Source: Eledone cirrhosa
Lineage: Eukaryota
NCBI GenBank assembly: GCA_964016885.1
Contig: OZ024742.1
Coordinates: forward strand, 4,960,001-5,024,000
Direction of reading: 5' to 3'
DNA: 64,000 nucleotides
Shown: piece after piece, positions 42,018 through 55,000 of the stretch
How positions within the stretch are numbered: the stretch's first letter is position 1
Layout: each line of letters opens with the position of its first letter
Notes under the pieces: generated by a model
Databases searched by the model: none
The model's input: only the letters and a program-made list of their open reading frames with translations
Told to the model about the DNA's origin: nothing
Program-made: the position numbers and the translations under genes

Positions 42018-44525
42018 TTAATTGTAAGTTGTGATGTTGCTGTTCCACTCATATTTTCTATTTAATTTTGGTTGTAATTCTTTTATGCTTACTGCCTCTG
42101 TAATTTGCCTAAACATTACATCTTTTCTGTGTGTGGATTCTATTTTAATTTCTATGTTCTCTAATCTACCCCTGTGTTCTATCTTAGCATGTTGGTAGAG
42201 CACAGATGATTCTTTATTATCTTGGAGGTCTCGCCAGTGTTCATTTATTCGTTCCCCTATACTACGAGCTGTCTCACCTATGTACACTATATTTTTGTTT
42301 CTACATTGTCCTTCAGTACATCTTATGCTATACACTACATTTCTAGTTTTACAGTTAATATGTGGGCTTATTTTACAGGTTATACATTTCTTATCTATAC
42401 ATGAGGGTCTTTGGAACGGGTATGTCTTGCTAATAAGTATTTTTACGGAGCTACCTGGTCTTTCTACTATCTTAATATTGAGTTTATGTTTATTTAGGGC
42501 CCTTCTAAATTTGTAGGCTAGTTCGCCTCTAGGGGTTGTATTGATGAACATTACACTCTGGTATTTATTGCTATCATACCATGAGTTTATTCTATTGGCC
42601 TTGTTCCTAGTTCTTTCTATTCTATTCCAAAATGTGCTCCTATACAAGGGGCAGGTCCCATTTATGTCATTATTTACCATTTTTTCCCATTTGGTTCTGG
42701 CTCCTTTATACACTCTGATTCTATCTCTCTGATTGTAGCCAGAGAACTGCATACGGTGGATGAAGTGTTGTATGTGTCTCTCTAGTTCTTCGGGGTTGCA
42801 CATGCGGGACACATTTCTCATCACCCGTACCAAATCCGCAATCAGTATGTTGATTTTGGTATGGTCCGAAATGGCCGAGTTTCGGTGGATCAGATGTTTG
42901 GAAGTCATGGGTTTGGCATAATGGGAATGGAGGATTTGTTTTTGGTTGTTAATGGTATCTAACCAGAGCTCTGTGTCTAGTACAGGTAATCGATGGTTGG
43001 GGTGTCTAATTGGGTAGTCTATAGTAACTCTAATGCTCTGGTGGATGGAGTTTGCTATTTGCTGGATGCTTTCCATTGTATTTTTCTCTAGTTCCTGGCT
43101 GTTCTTTAGTGGGGGTGTCTTAACTACGATGTTTATATCATCTACGTAGCGGGAGTACATTATCAGGGTTAAGCTGTCTTCTAATAGTTCTTTAAGTTTT
43201 TGTTTAAGTCTACTGTCCCACCATACCATGAATAAGTTAGCTATGTCACCTGCAATGCTAACACCAATGGCTGCTCCTTCCTCTTGGGCATATGTTTTAC
43301 CATTAAATTTGAACATATGTTCCTTAAGGGTTAATTTTATGCTGGCCCCTACCGCATGTGCAATCATTTTCTTCAGTTCATCGTGATTTTCGGGTGTCCG
43401 TATGGCTCTGGTCCACCCGTTCCATCTATCTGTGTGGGTTTTCTTGGCCATTGAGGTAATGGTAGGTGGTCTGCCTCTTGCTGGTCTTGTAGGACACAGG
43501 TTGCTAAGGTCATAAGTGTCTAGGTAACTATTACTATGGGTAAGCTTAAGTAGAAGTCCCAGCTCACTGGTATCAATCCCACGGAACTCAACCTTGCTCT
43601 CGCTGATCATTTCTACGCATTTCTCCACAGCAAAATCCACGTCAATAGATGGATACAGGGACACAACATCCATACTGCCTATTATGCAGTTTGTTAGGTC
43701 CCCAGATCGGTTACCCGCGCCGATTCTGCTGAGGAGGTCCTCCGTGCTGTCACAAACATCTGGGGACATCTCAATGATGGGGCGTATGATCAGGGAGAGG
43801 AAGTAGGACAGTCTGTAGTTACTAGCAATGTTAGCCCCACAGACTGGCCGTGTTGGTGGTCCCGCGACAGGGTCCCAGCCCGTTTTATGGTCTTTTCGAA
43901 GCCCATACAACGCCGGCACGTCATTGTTCCAGACCTGGAAGTTGTTGGAAGTCCTTTTGTTGGGCTGCATTATATTCGTCCACATCACCATATGGGCATT
44001 GAGGGCTTTTTCTCTATCCTCATGCTCCTGTGGTGTTACCTCTCTTGTGTTAGTGATGTGGGGTTGCATTGCCTGGATGTAGTTTGGCAGGCTGTCAACC
44101 GACATTCTGCCAGACTTGTCTGTTGGAAAACATGCTATCTCTCCATTACGCGAGCGCTGCATGAGCTTACGCAAGCCATTTGCAGATTTTTCTCCCAGTT
44201 GCTGGGCCTCTATTCTATTATGCTTCTTGCTATACTGTTCTATAATATTTCTAAGTTCGGATTTAGCTATACTAAATTGTGCTTCTGTTTGTTCATCGAC
44301 CTGCGACGGCAACTGCGTGCGTTTGTTAAATGGCAAAGTCGTGGCGTGGACTCGTCGTAGGTCGAATGATTTATCGGAGGGGTTATAAAACGGAGAGTTC
44401 CAGGCTGCTGCTTTATGTGTACTACTGCTATTATTATTGTTAGTTGTGTTGTTTCTATTTCTATTTCTACCAACAGCCTCATGGTTCTTTCTATGTCTCT
44501 CATAATTACTCCTGTCTCTTTCCAC
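42018..44525 (-). CDS. PLE reverse transcriptase plus GIY-YIG endonuclease (835 aa)
   Basis: PTDKSG, LYGLRKDHK, SMDVVSLYPSI, GAAIG, RYVDDI, NVVYSIRC...YIGETAR...R..EH. Confidence 0.9.
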   Translation of the reverse strand: MERDRSNYERHRKNHEAVGRNRNRNNTTNNNNSSSTHKAAAWNSPFYNPSDKSFDLRRVHATTLPFNKRTQLPSQVDEQTEAQFSIAKSELRNIIEQYSKKHNRIEAQQLGEKSANGLRKLMQRSRNGEIACFPTDKSGRMSVDSLPNYIQAMQPHITNTREVTPQEHEDREKALNAHMVMWTNIMQPNKRTSNNFQVWNNDVPALYGLRKDHKTGWDPVAGPPTRPVCGANIASNYRLSYFLSLIIRPIIEMSPDVCDSTEDLLSRIGAGNRSGDLTNCIIGSMDVVSLYPSIDVDFAVEKCVEMISESKVEFRGIDTSELGLLLKLTHSNSYLDTYDLSNLCPTRPARGRPPTITSMAKKTHTDRWNGWTRAIRTPENHDELKKMIAHAVGASIKLTLKEHMFKFNGKTYAQEEGAAIGVSIAGDIANLFMVWWDSRLKQKLKELLEDSLTLIMYSRYVDDINIVVKTPPLKNSQELEKNTMESIQQIANSIHQSIRVTIDYPIRHPNHRLPVLDTELWLDTINNQKQILHSHYAKPMTSKHLIHRNSAISDHTKINILIADLVRVMRNVSRMCNPEELERHIQHFIHRMQFSGYNQRDRIRVYKGARTKWEKMVNNDINGTCPLYRSTFWNRIERTRNKANRINSWYDSNKYQSVMFINTTPRGELAYKFRRALNKHKLNIKIVERPGSSVKILISKTYPFQRPSCIDKKCITCKISPHINCKTRNVVYSIRCTEGQCRNKNIVYIGETARSIGERINEHWRDLQDNKESSVLYQHAKIEHRGRLENIEIKIESTHRKDVMFRQITEAVSIKELQPKLNRKYEWNSNITTYN

Positions 44526-44542
44526 TGGCTCAATGTTGTTAT

Positions 44543-45757
44543 CTACCCTGTTTGTGTGTCTGTGTGTTCGTCTTGGTTATTCTCTTTGTCCTTAGTCTCC
44601 CATCTCCCTTTCCTTTTAATCCTATTACCTTCCCTTATTTCTCTAATTTCTGTGCTACTGTCATTACTTGTTTTCTGTGTCTGTGTGTTTGTTAAGATTG
44701 TGGTGGTGGTGAGAGGCATTGAATGCGTGTGTGTTGTTGTTGTTGATGTGTGTTGTTGTTGATGTGTGTTGTTGTTGATGTGTGTTGTTGTTGATGTGTG
44801 TTGTTGTTGATGTGTGTTGTTGTTGTCTCCGTGTGTGTTATCGTTGTTGTGTGTGTTGTTATTGTTGTTTGTGTCTGCGTGTCTGTTGTTGTTGTATCTG
44901 GGTATGTTGCTATTGTTGTTGTTGTTGATGTGTGTGTTGTTGTTATTGTTGTTTGTGTCTGTGTGTCTGTTGTTGTTGGGATGTGTGTTGTATATGTGTG
45001 TGCGTATATTGTTGCTTTTGTTTTTGATGCTCCAGTGTAGTTTTGTAAATGATTTTTCTATTTCTGACAGACAACTAATCATATTTACCTTCTTGAATGT
45101 CGCAAATTTGGGCGGTAGACATAACACAGACATTTCATTATTATCTATTTCCGTGTTTCCATAAATGTTGGTATTTTCGTTGTTGAACTCTTCTGATAAT
45201 GAGGTGTCGGCCATGTTGATACCGTCAATTTTGTCGGGATATCTATTGGTATACTCTATAGTATCCCGATTTAGCTTTGCCTGTTTAAGCCACTTTAGTT
45301 TCCTGTTAAAGTGCTTATCACATTCTTGAGTAATGTACTGTTCTTCGGGGAGTATAAGGCTTATAAATATTAGTTTTTCTGTTGGTGTGGTGATTTTAGC
45401 TATTTCTTGTATTAGGTTACGCTTTTGTTTTTCTTGATGACTTAATTCTCTATAGATCTTCTTTTTTATGTTTAGAATTAAAGTTCGTTTTAGCCTATCT
45501 GCTTGTTTTTTGGTGAGTTGTAATCTTCTAACGTCGGTATTGATGGTGTTGGTGTAGAATCTAGAGGTGGCGCACAGTTTTATGAAGTGTAGTTGTCGAG
45601 ATGTTATGGTTTTTCGTAGACAACAGAACATGGTGGTTTTCAGTATCTTGTTAGCCTGGCTAAGGCTTACGATATTTCGTTTCTGAATTTGTTTAGCAAG
45701 ATTCTTTATCTGAAATCGTGTGTTGAAACCGATATTGTTATACTTTGGGAGGGTCAT
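44543..45757 (-). CDS. N-terminal part of the PLE polyprotein, out of frame with the RT ORF
   Basis: ATG at 45757 lies inside the pLTR. The protein is basic, has VLCLPPKFA and EIEKSFTKLHW motifs, then an N/T/H low-complexity tail. Confidence 0.6.
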   Translation of the reverse strand: MTLPKYNNIGFNTRFQIKNLAKQIQKRNIVSLSQANKILKTTMFCCLRKTITSRQLHFIKLCATSRFYTNTINTDVRRLQLTKKQADRLKRTLILNIKKKIYRELSHQEKQKRNLIQEIAKITTPTEKLIFISLILPEEQYITQECDKHFNRKLKWLKQAKLNRDTIEYTNRYPDKIDGINMADTSLSEEFNNENTNIYGNTEIDNNEMSVLCLPPKFATFKKVNMISCLSEIEKSFTKLHWSIKNKSNNIRTHIYNTHPNNNRHTDTNNNNNNTHINNNNNSNIPRYNNNRHADTNNNNNTHNNDNTHGDNNNTHQQQHTSTTTHINNNTHQQQHTSTTTTHTHSMPLTTTTILTNTQTQKTSNDSSTEIREIREGNRIKRKGRWETKDKENNQDEHTDTQTG

Positions 45758-47446
45758 GTTGCCAATAAGAAACACACGCACCAGTTGCTTTCACTTCAAT
45801 TTATTATATATTTATAAATTTATAAATTTACAAATCTACAAACTTATAAATTTCTGGTTGGTTGGTTGGTTCCACAACCAGATAGTTGTTTATATATAGT
45901 CATAGTCCTTTCGTCACACACTCTGTGACCTCTTCAGTGACTGGGGATTCCTTTCTTTGTTTCTGTGCCTTTCCTTTCTTCTATCCTACGCCATTTTGTT
46001 TCTGTGTGTGTGTTGTGTGCTCAGTTTGCGCATGCGCCACATCCGGGTGTCTGTGTGTGTTTGTGTTCATTTATCTATTTGTTTATTTATTTATTTATTT
46101 ATTGTTGGTTGGTTGTTTGTTCTATGTGTGTGTGTGTTTTCATTTTGTCCTGTGTGTGTTTTCATATTTATACTATTATATATATTTCAATGGTACCAAA
46201 AATGTTGGTACCCTATCATCAGATAAAATACAAAATGTTTTATAAATATTTGACTTGACAAAGGATAATATACTTTAACGGTTCAAGTTATCCATGACTT
46301 TCCAGGGATAACTTGAACCGTTAAGGTATTATCCTTGGTCATGTCAAATATTTATAAAACATTTTGTATTTTATCTGTTGATAGCGTACAAACATTTTTG
46401 GTACCATTGAAATATATATAATAGTATAAATATGGTTTTATAAATATAGTTTCCATTTATTTAATATCAATTGAATATTTACTCCAGAAAATGTCGAGTG
46501 CTCTGAATCAGTTATAAACATCTATATTTGTTGGATTTTCAACAAATTAAATATCTCTTCTATATATATATATATATGGGGGGGGGGGTGTAGACGTATG
46601 TGTGTATACGCGTGTGTGGTCGTGTGGGTAGGTGTGTATATCTATATATGAATGTGTATGTGTGTATATATGCATATATATGTGCAGATGTGCATATGTG
46701 TGTATGTATGTGTATGTATGTATATATATCTGTGCGTGTATGTGTATGTATATGTACGAATGCGTACGTGTGTGTGTGCATATATATATACGGGTGCGTG
46801 TATGTGTGTGTGTCTATGTATATGCGTGCGTATATACACCCGCGTGTCTGTGTGCCTTTCTGTGTGCATGTATGCGTATATTTGTGTGACTATTTATGTG
46901 TGTGTACACATGGATATGTGTGTATGCTTCTGGGCCTGCATATGTGAACGTAAGCACACAAGCTACTCTGTATGTATCTGTATGTATCTGTCAGTATCTG
47001 TGTGTGTGTGTGCGAGTGGGAGTGTGAGTGACAAACAGCAGTAATTTTGCCGACGGGACAGTGGGTGAGTGAGAGCTCAAGCCCTGACGGTCAGCGGTCT
47101 GCTACCAGTGGTCAGAATAAAGATGACGTCACTAACCAGTGACCAACCTAAGGACGCGCAAAGCGGATAAAGGTGGACCATATGGACCTGTATGGTCAGA
47201 AACCCCAGAAAGAGGATATGCTCCGAAATCAATAGACGTGTCCGAGGAATCTGCGAGTCTAGAGTCAGGTCGATCTATGCATAGATCGCACCTCGAGCTG
47301 TTCGCCGGGGAAACAATTGTAACACAATAAATTGAGTTCCGATGCATTACTGATTTTTCGTTTTCTATTCTATCATACTCTGCTCCGTAGGAGAATAAAG
47401 TGTTCAACCGGCATACCGCCTATGGAAGCATCTTAACTACCATTAG

Positions 47447-47518
<72 letters not shown>

Positions 47519-47900
47519 GTGAGGTTTTTTTACAAAATGAAAAATAACCGAGGTGTCCTACACGTGTGAAAGTATAAAGAAAAAAAGATGAAATCGAAAA
47601 TGCAACTGGAGTTTTATTCTTTTAAAAATATATATATTTATTTGGTTCCTTTACCGGTTTCGCAGTTCTGCTTTTCAAAAGTAGAGTTGAAATGGAGGGT
47701 CTGTGGTTTTTCTCACATCTGGCTGGTCTTTGAATGTTACTTTTTTTATATGGAAAAAAGTGGCTCGAAACGCCAGGTTTTTAGAGAAGTAATTTGATTG
47801 ATTGGTCAATAAGTATAATAAATATATATTGAGTATCCGTGGTACAAAGACAGCGAAGACCACGAAGATATATGTATGTATATAAATTCGCATGCATGTA

Positions 47901-47983
<83 letters not shown>

Positions 47984-49369
47984 GGAGGGTAAACGTAATT
48001 CAATGGTAAACGTGATTCAATGGTAAACGTAATAGCTGACTGGAGAATTATTGGAAATCTTGACATCTGAACAAAACTAAATAGAATTACACTAAGACGG
48101 AAATAAACGAAAGTAAACGTCGGTGTAACAGCGACTATCAATAGTCTCATGTATCTGTCTCCACTGATTTATTTGGAATCAACTCTTATCAACGACAACT
48201 TCCTTTTCTCACCCAGCTGCTATTTTGTTTCATTCTAATATCTTCTGCCAACTTTCATTGGATTCTTTCTGTATTTTCGCCTTACTTTTCTTTTTCGTTT
48301 ATCTTATTTGCCACAGACAAAATATCATCCAATAACAACACGTGAAGATAAATATTAAAAGCATAACATCAGCAAATATCAATATTGATGGATATTAAGT
48401 GAGAAAGGCCACATGTGTGTAGAAAGGCTACATGTGTCTAGACAGACCATATATATGTATAAACATGAAATGGTGGTGGATTGGTAGTCACGTTAGAGCG
48501 TCGGAGAGCATCCTTTTCGGTATATATTTACGTTCCTTTACATTCTGATCTCAAATTCCGCCCGATGCTAGCTTTGCCTTTCACCATTACGGGGGTCGAT
48601 AAAATAAAGCATCAGTAATGTACTGGGTCGATTAATCGACTTTCCCCTTCCCTTCAAATCAGAAACCATTCTTTAACTGTTTTCAGTCATTAGACTGCGA
48701 TTTCGCTTAGGCAGGGGTTTAATCGATCATATCGATCCCACGAATTTATTTATTTTTAAGCCTAGTACTTATTTTATCGATCTCTTTTTGTCGAACCTCA
48801 GTTACGGGACAGAAACACAAACGTAAATTCACATTCATACACACACAAACACAGAGACATTTGCCCAAAGTGTCACGTAATGGAACTGAATCCAGAGCCA
48901 CATGATTTCTAAATGAACGCCATGTCTGTTTGTGGATAATCTTGCATAACTCCGTGTAAGATTTAACTTGCAGTAAGAAGACGAAAGCAAAACACGATGT
49001 ATTCGGAATTACATGAACATGTAGTAAAAAAAATGTAATAAACTTTTATGAATAGCTTTGTTCTTGTTGGTGGTGTTGTTGTTGTTGTCGTTGGTGGTGG
49101 TGGGGTCTTGTTTATTGGGAAGTAATGTCTTGAACATGATAAAAAGACGATTTAAAACAACAAAGCCAAAAAACTAGAGAAATCCCAAGTCAAGCTTGTA
49201 AGATCGTTATTGGATATCGATACATGGTAGTTATTGTTAAGAACTGTTTTGATTTTAGTGAATTGAATTTGTTTATTTTTGTTGTTGTTTTTGGAGGGGT
49301 TCTTTTAAGAAGAAATATAAAGACGAGCAGACGATCACTGAGAGAGAGAAAGAGAAGAGAGTTGAAGTA

Positions 49370-49439
<70 letters not shown>

Positions 49440-49799
49440 GAGTGTGAATGTGAGAGATAGAGATAGACAGAGTGAGAGATAGAGAAAGAGAAGGTAAGAG
49501 AGTGTGAAAGTGAGAGAGAGAGAGCGAGAAAGTGAGCGATAGAGAAAGAAAGAACGAGAGAGTGTGAAAGTGAGAGAGAGAGAGAGAGAGAGAGTGATAG
49601 AGAGCGCGAGGGAGTGTGAAAGTGAGAGATAGAGAGAGAGAGTGAGAGATGTCCGATTTGGGCTATTTGTCCATTCTCGCCTGTAAATTAACTTGTTATC
49701 CTATTTAACGTTAAGTGGACATTAAAACTACATTTGCAAGCAAAATATGGCGGATTGAACGATTTTTAGAAAATTAAATGTAGCATAACTAGCTGTGAG

Positions 49800-49982
49800 T
49801 AGGGTGGTGGTGGTGGTGGCGGTGGTGGTGGTGGTCCTGGTGGTGGTAGTGGTAGTGGTGGTGGCGGTGGTGGTGGTGGTGGTGGTGGTGGTGGTGGTGG
49901 TGGTGGTAACGGTGGTAACGGTGGTGGTGATGGTGGTGGTGGTGGTGGTGAAGGTGGTGGTGGTGGCGGTTTGGTGGTGGTG
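49800..49982. repeat. (GGT)n microsatellite
   Basis: Seen directly. Confidence 0.9.
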
Positions 49983-50236
49983 AGGAGAAGGATGTTTGTC
50001 ATGACTATACTGTCAGAGTGGTTTAATTTGTATTAAAACACAAAAGGGAAAGAATAATGTGGGAACAGAAGCATTGAAGGAAATTGTTGTGAAGGATGGG
50101 GGACAATGGAGGAAGTAGAGATGATGGGAGGAGGTAGGGATGATAGGGGAGGAGGGGAGTAAGGGAGGGAGGAGGATTGAGGAGCAATCCCATATTTTTC
50201 AAATTAAATATTATTACTATTAATATTATATGTATA

Positions 50237-50460
50237 GGTGGCAAAGGCGGCTGGTTAGTAGAATCGGTAGAGCATCAAATGAAATGCATTGCAGTGTTTC
50301 GTTACGACTCTCTACATTCTGGTTTCAATTCCTGTCGAGGTCAACTTTACCTTTCATCCTTCCGAGGTCGATAAAATAAAGTATCAATCAAGTATTGGTG
50401 TCGATATAATGTACTTTCCTCTCCCCAAAATTGTTGGCCTTGTGCCTAAATCAGAAACCT
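50237..50460 (+). mobile_element. Near full-length tRNA-derived SINE
   Basis: A-box-like TAGTAGAATCGG, B-box-like GTTTCAATTCC and the family body sequence. Confidence 0.7.
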
Positions 50461-51613
50461 ATATTAAATGTGAGTGGAGGGCGGTGGATGGTGTTATCGA
50501 CTCAACTAACTAATTCTCTCTGGAAAGCATAAGAAGTCGTAAGACGGTCTTTATTTTTTTCGCAGCAAAAGCGTTTGACTTAACAATAAGTGTTAAAAAG
50601 ACAGAAGTTATATACCAGTCAAAATTAACATCTATTCAAAGAGGACATAACTGTTTCTACTTTAGGCCCAAGGCCAGCAATCACTCAGTGCATTACTGGT
50701 ACTTTAGTTTATCGACCCCGTAAGGATGAAAGGCAAAGTCAACCTAGAGGACATAACACTACCTAGACGCCATTACAGTGTACCATCCACGATTTGTGTG
50801 TGAAGGATGCGTCTGGTTTGCAAAAGCAAGGTATGTTCAGTGCGTCACAGAGGATACAAACACTAAAATGTGGAGTAAAGAGAAAAGAGAAAGTAAAATC
50901 TTTCGGCCCTCATCCAACGAATACGACAAACACTGCTTTCTCTCTCTCTCTCTCTCTCTCTCAATAGTCTATGCAATACATCTTGGCGTTGGAAAGATGC
51001 ATAAGATAGCACAACAAAGTAACCAAACATAAAATGAACAGTATAGGTTAATAATGATTTCTAGTATAGACACAAGGCCAGTAATTTTTTTTTGGCGGTT
51101 GAGTCGATTAAATCGACCCCAATGCGAGACTGGTACTTTATTTTATCGACCCAGTAAGGATGAAAGGCAAAGTTATCTTCGGTGGGATTTGAACTCAAAT
51201 CATAAAGAGCCGTAACACTATGCTGCAAAGCATGGTGTCCGACCATCTACCGATACTGCCAATCAACCGCCCTAGTATAGGTCAATAATACAAACAAATA
51301 TTTCTACTTGAACAACATACAAAAATGTCTTATGTTGTTTGAGAAAAAGACAAGGGTATAGGTATGTGCAATAAGAAAAGTCAACAAGGGAAAATAACAC
51401 AAGAGAATAATACAATACATTGACGATATATTTGTTCAACGTTGGGAAAGAATCTTGTGTTTTTAACGCTAGCCCTTCATTAGATTTGAGAGTGAGATCA
51501 AGAGAGAGTCGACAAGATGTTTGAGAAAGAGAAGAAATGGGAAGAAAGGAAAGAGGAAAAATAAATGGTAGTGGAAGCACGTGTTGTTGTTAGCCATCCA
51601 TTTTGAAAAGTGG

Positions 51614-51665
<52 letters not shown>

Positions 51666-52237
51666 TGTGTGTGTGTGTGCGTGTGTGCGTGTGTATATTA
51701 TATATATATATATATAATATACACATGCGTGTGTATATATAGAGAGAGGGGGAGATGAGCGAGAGAGAGGTGTGAGGAGGAATGTTTTAGTGTCTTCATT
51801 TATCGAGCAGCCCACATTTCCACTATTATGTCTCTGAGCTGTTTGCAAACGTTTCTATTATTTTGATAGAGTCACAAGATTACAGATAACACACTGTATT
51901 GTGTAATTCCTTTGCTGTTTCATATCTTCACTTCATAAAGTTCTTTTTAGATTTGTTATAATAATGTGAAATGAGGTTATTGCGCACAGTTTCTCTTGCC
52001 TACGTAATGTGTTATTTCTTTCCTTTCCATTCGTGATATATTTTCAATTATAACCAGTGAAAATATGTTATCTGGATTCAGTCATGAACTTTGTGGCAAC
52101 TTATTCTAAATAGTTTCTTGTATTTTTAATTCGAGAAATTTCTATTTCAATAAAATATGTTTTACTTTAACAATGCCCCAGAACGCAACGAACAAATGCA
52201 AAATCAAAACTAACAGATATAAAACAGAGTATACATA

Positions 52238-53143
52238 TATAGAGTCCGCTTAAGAGTATATCGGATAAGAGTACAGGCCGCTTAAGAGTATAGCATAATC
52301 AATTCCCGTTTATATATTTTATGTACTGTTTTGTACAGTGCATGGGTCCGCTTAAGAGTATAGTTCGCATAAGAGTATAGCATAATCAATTCCCGTTTAT
52401 ATATTTTATATATAATTTAGTCCGAATTATGATAATGAATACAGTAAAATAAATTGGGCTTATAATGTAACATAACCATTTTAAAACAATTCAAAATGAA
52501 ATGCGATGATGTCATTTATACAACCATTCTAAAAGCAATTTAAAGTTTAATATATGCAAATACAAAAATAATAATTCATTGTGTCATAAAAATGTCTTTG
52601 AAACGCTCTGCTTTATCCATTACTCAAAAAATATCCATTACTCAAAGGTTAGTATGTATTATTTTTATATTTATAATATGAATGTGCATAGGTACCTAAC
52701 ATAACTTTATCAATATTTTAGATCTCTAGAAAAGAAGGAATACTTTTTTCACTGTACGGTCCTATATGATGCAATCGTTTGAAAATTTTGAAAATTATAC
52801 TCCGTCTGAGATCGAAGGAATTGATTGAAAAAAATTGCGAGCAATCGAGTGCAAAAAAGCATTTTGGACTATTTTTAGGAAATAAAAATTGCATGCCAAT
52901 ATGTTGAAATATTGCTTAATTTATCTATAATTTGCAATAATTCTTGTTGAATTGTTTGGTGTAACTTTCATTTTTTTTATTTATAAATGTATTTTAAACG
53001 ATAATAAAGCGATTATTAATCATTGAAAGACTCAAAATAATAATACTATGGAATATGTTTACTTAGTCCGGATAAGAGTATAGTTCGGTTAAGAGTATAC
53101 TATTTTCCATTCCCGAGGGTATACTCTTAAGCGGAGTCGACTG
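52238..53143. mobile_element. Non-autonomous pogo/Tigger-like DNA transposon (MITE)
   Basis: Right end TATACTCTTAAGCGGAGTCGACTG|TA. Left end has a degraded TCCGCTTAAGAGTATA. Several subterminal TAAGAGTATA repeats. Confidence 0.6.
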
Positions 53144-54100
53144 TATTACGGCGAACACTTTTAAATCCCATTTCACGCAGCATAGCCATTCTTTCAGACT
53201 CCTTGAAAGGTAGTATGCAAGAAGCCTTTTCAGCCACTCGTAGCATTTATACGAAAAGACACACATTACCATCTACGCTGGAGCATTATCACCAAAGCCC
53301 AGCAAAGTACACAAAAGGGAGATGACCATGTCATTTTTGCTCTTCCAAAGCAGTCGGGTTGCGTTTACATCATTCCAATTAATAAATAGGGGTGTGATCA
53401 GAATTAAGCACTCCTCGTTGTATATATATGTCCAACTATGGTCGCGTAGGGTAGTACACAATGGCGTATAGATATAATAATGAATATTAAGACAAGTTTT
53501 TCATATTTTGAAATCGAGTCTCACTTGGTAGTAAGTACCAGTTTTTGGCAAAGGTTTTAGGTGCAGAAAAATATATATAGGGCGGGGAGAAATATCGACA
53601 AGATATCAGACCTTATTTGCTTACCGGGTGGGGTGGAACTCATCAGATTGGACCAAGGAAACAATGTTTCCATTGGTATTTTCATTGCTGATACTATCTA
53701 CCGGTCACAACTCCTGGGAGAAAGAGCAACGTGAAATAATGTATCTTGCGCAAAGACATAACTCATCACTTGCAACCTCATGATTGCGAATCCAGCTCTC
53801 CAGCCACTAAGCCACGCGCCATAAACATATTTATATATATACATATATATATATAGGACAAGCAAGTAGCTATCAAGAACATATGGCCGATGTGTGAATG
53901 GGAGAAAAATGTTAAATTGCCTTAAACGAAGTATTTAACAGAAAGTCAACAATGTTATTTAATTCTTTTTTTTTTTGTGACTCAGATTTCTGACATCTAA
54001 ATGATTATAAAAGAAAGCAGATATTTCATTACAAAAAATTGTTTACATGACATTTTTACCACCAACACCACTACTACTACTACTGCTGCTGCTGTTGCTG

Positions 54101-54980
<880 letters not shown>

Positions 54981-55000
54981 AATAATAATAATAATAATAA

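Larger units (their letters stand above)
41451..46165 (-). mobile_element. Near-complete Penelope-like retroelement with 489-bp direct pseudo-LTRs and a target-site duplication
   Basis: 41451-41939 matches 45677-46165. Flanks share (CAT)ATTTATACT. RT and GIY-YIG ORF present, with an HHR in each repeat. Confidence 0.92.

Noticed and set aside
46590-47448. Possible solo LTR (TGT...ACA, AATAAA near the end)
   Set aside because: No TSD, partner LTR or internal domain is visible.
51450-51490. Minus-strand CTAATGA...AAAAAC HHR-like remnant
   Set aside because: Both core boxes are mutated.
53150-53461. Two adjacent in-frame minus-strand ORFs
   Set aside because: No recognisable motif.
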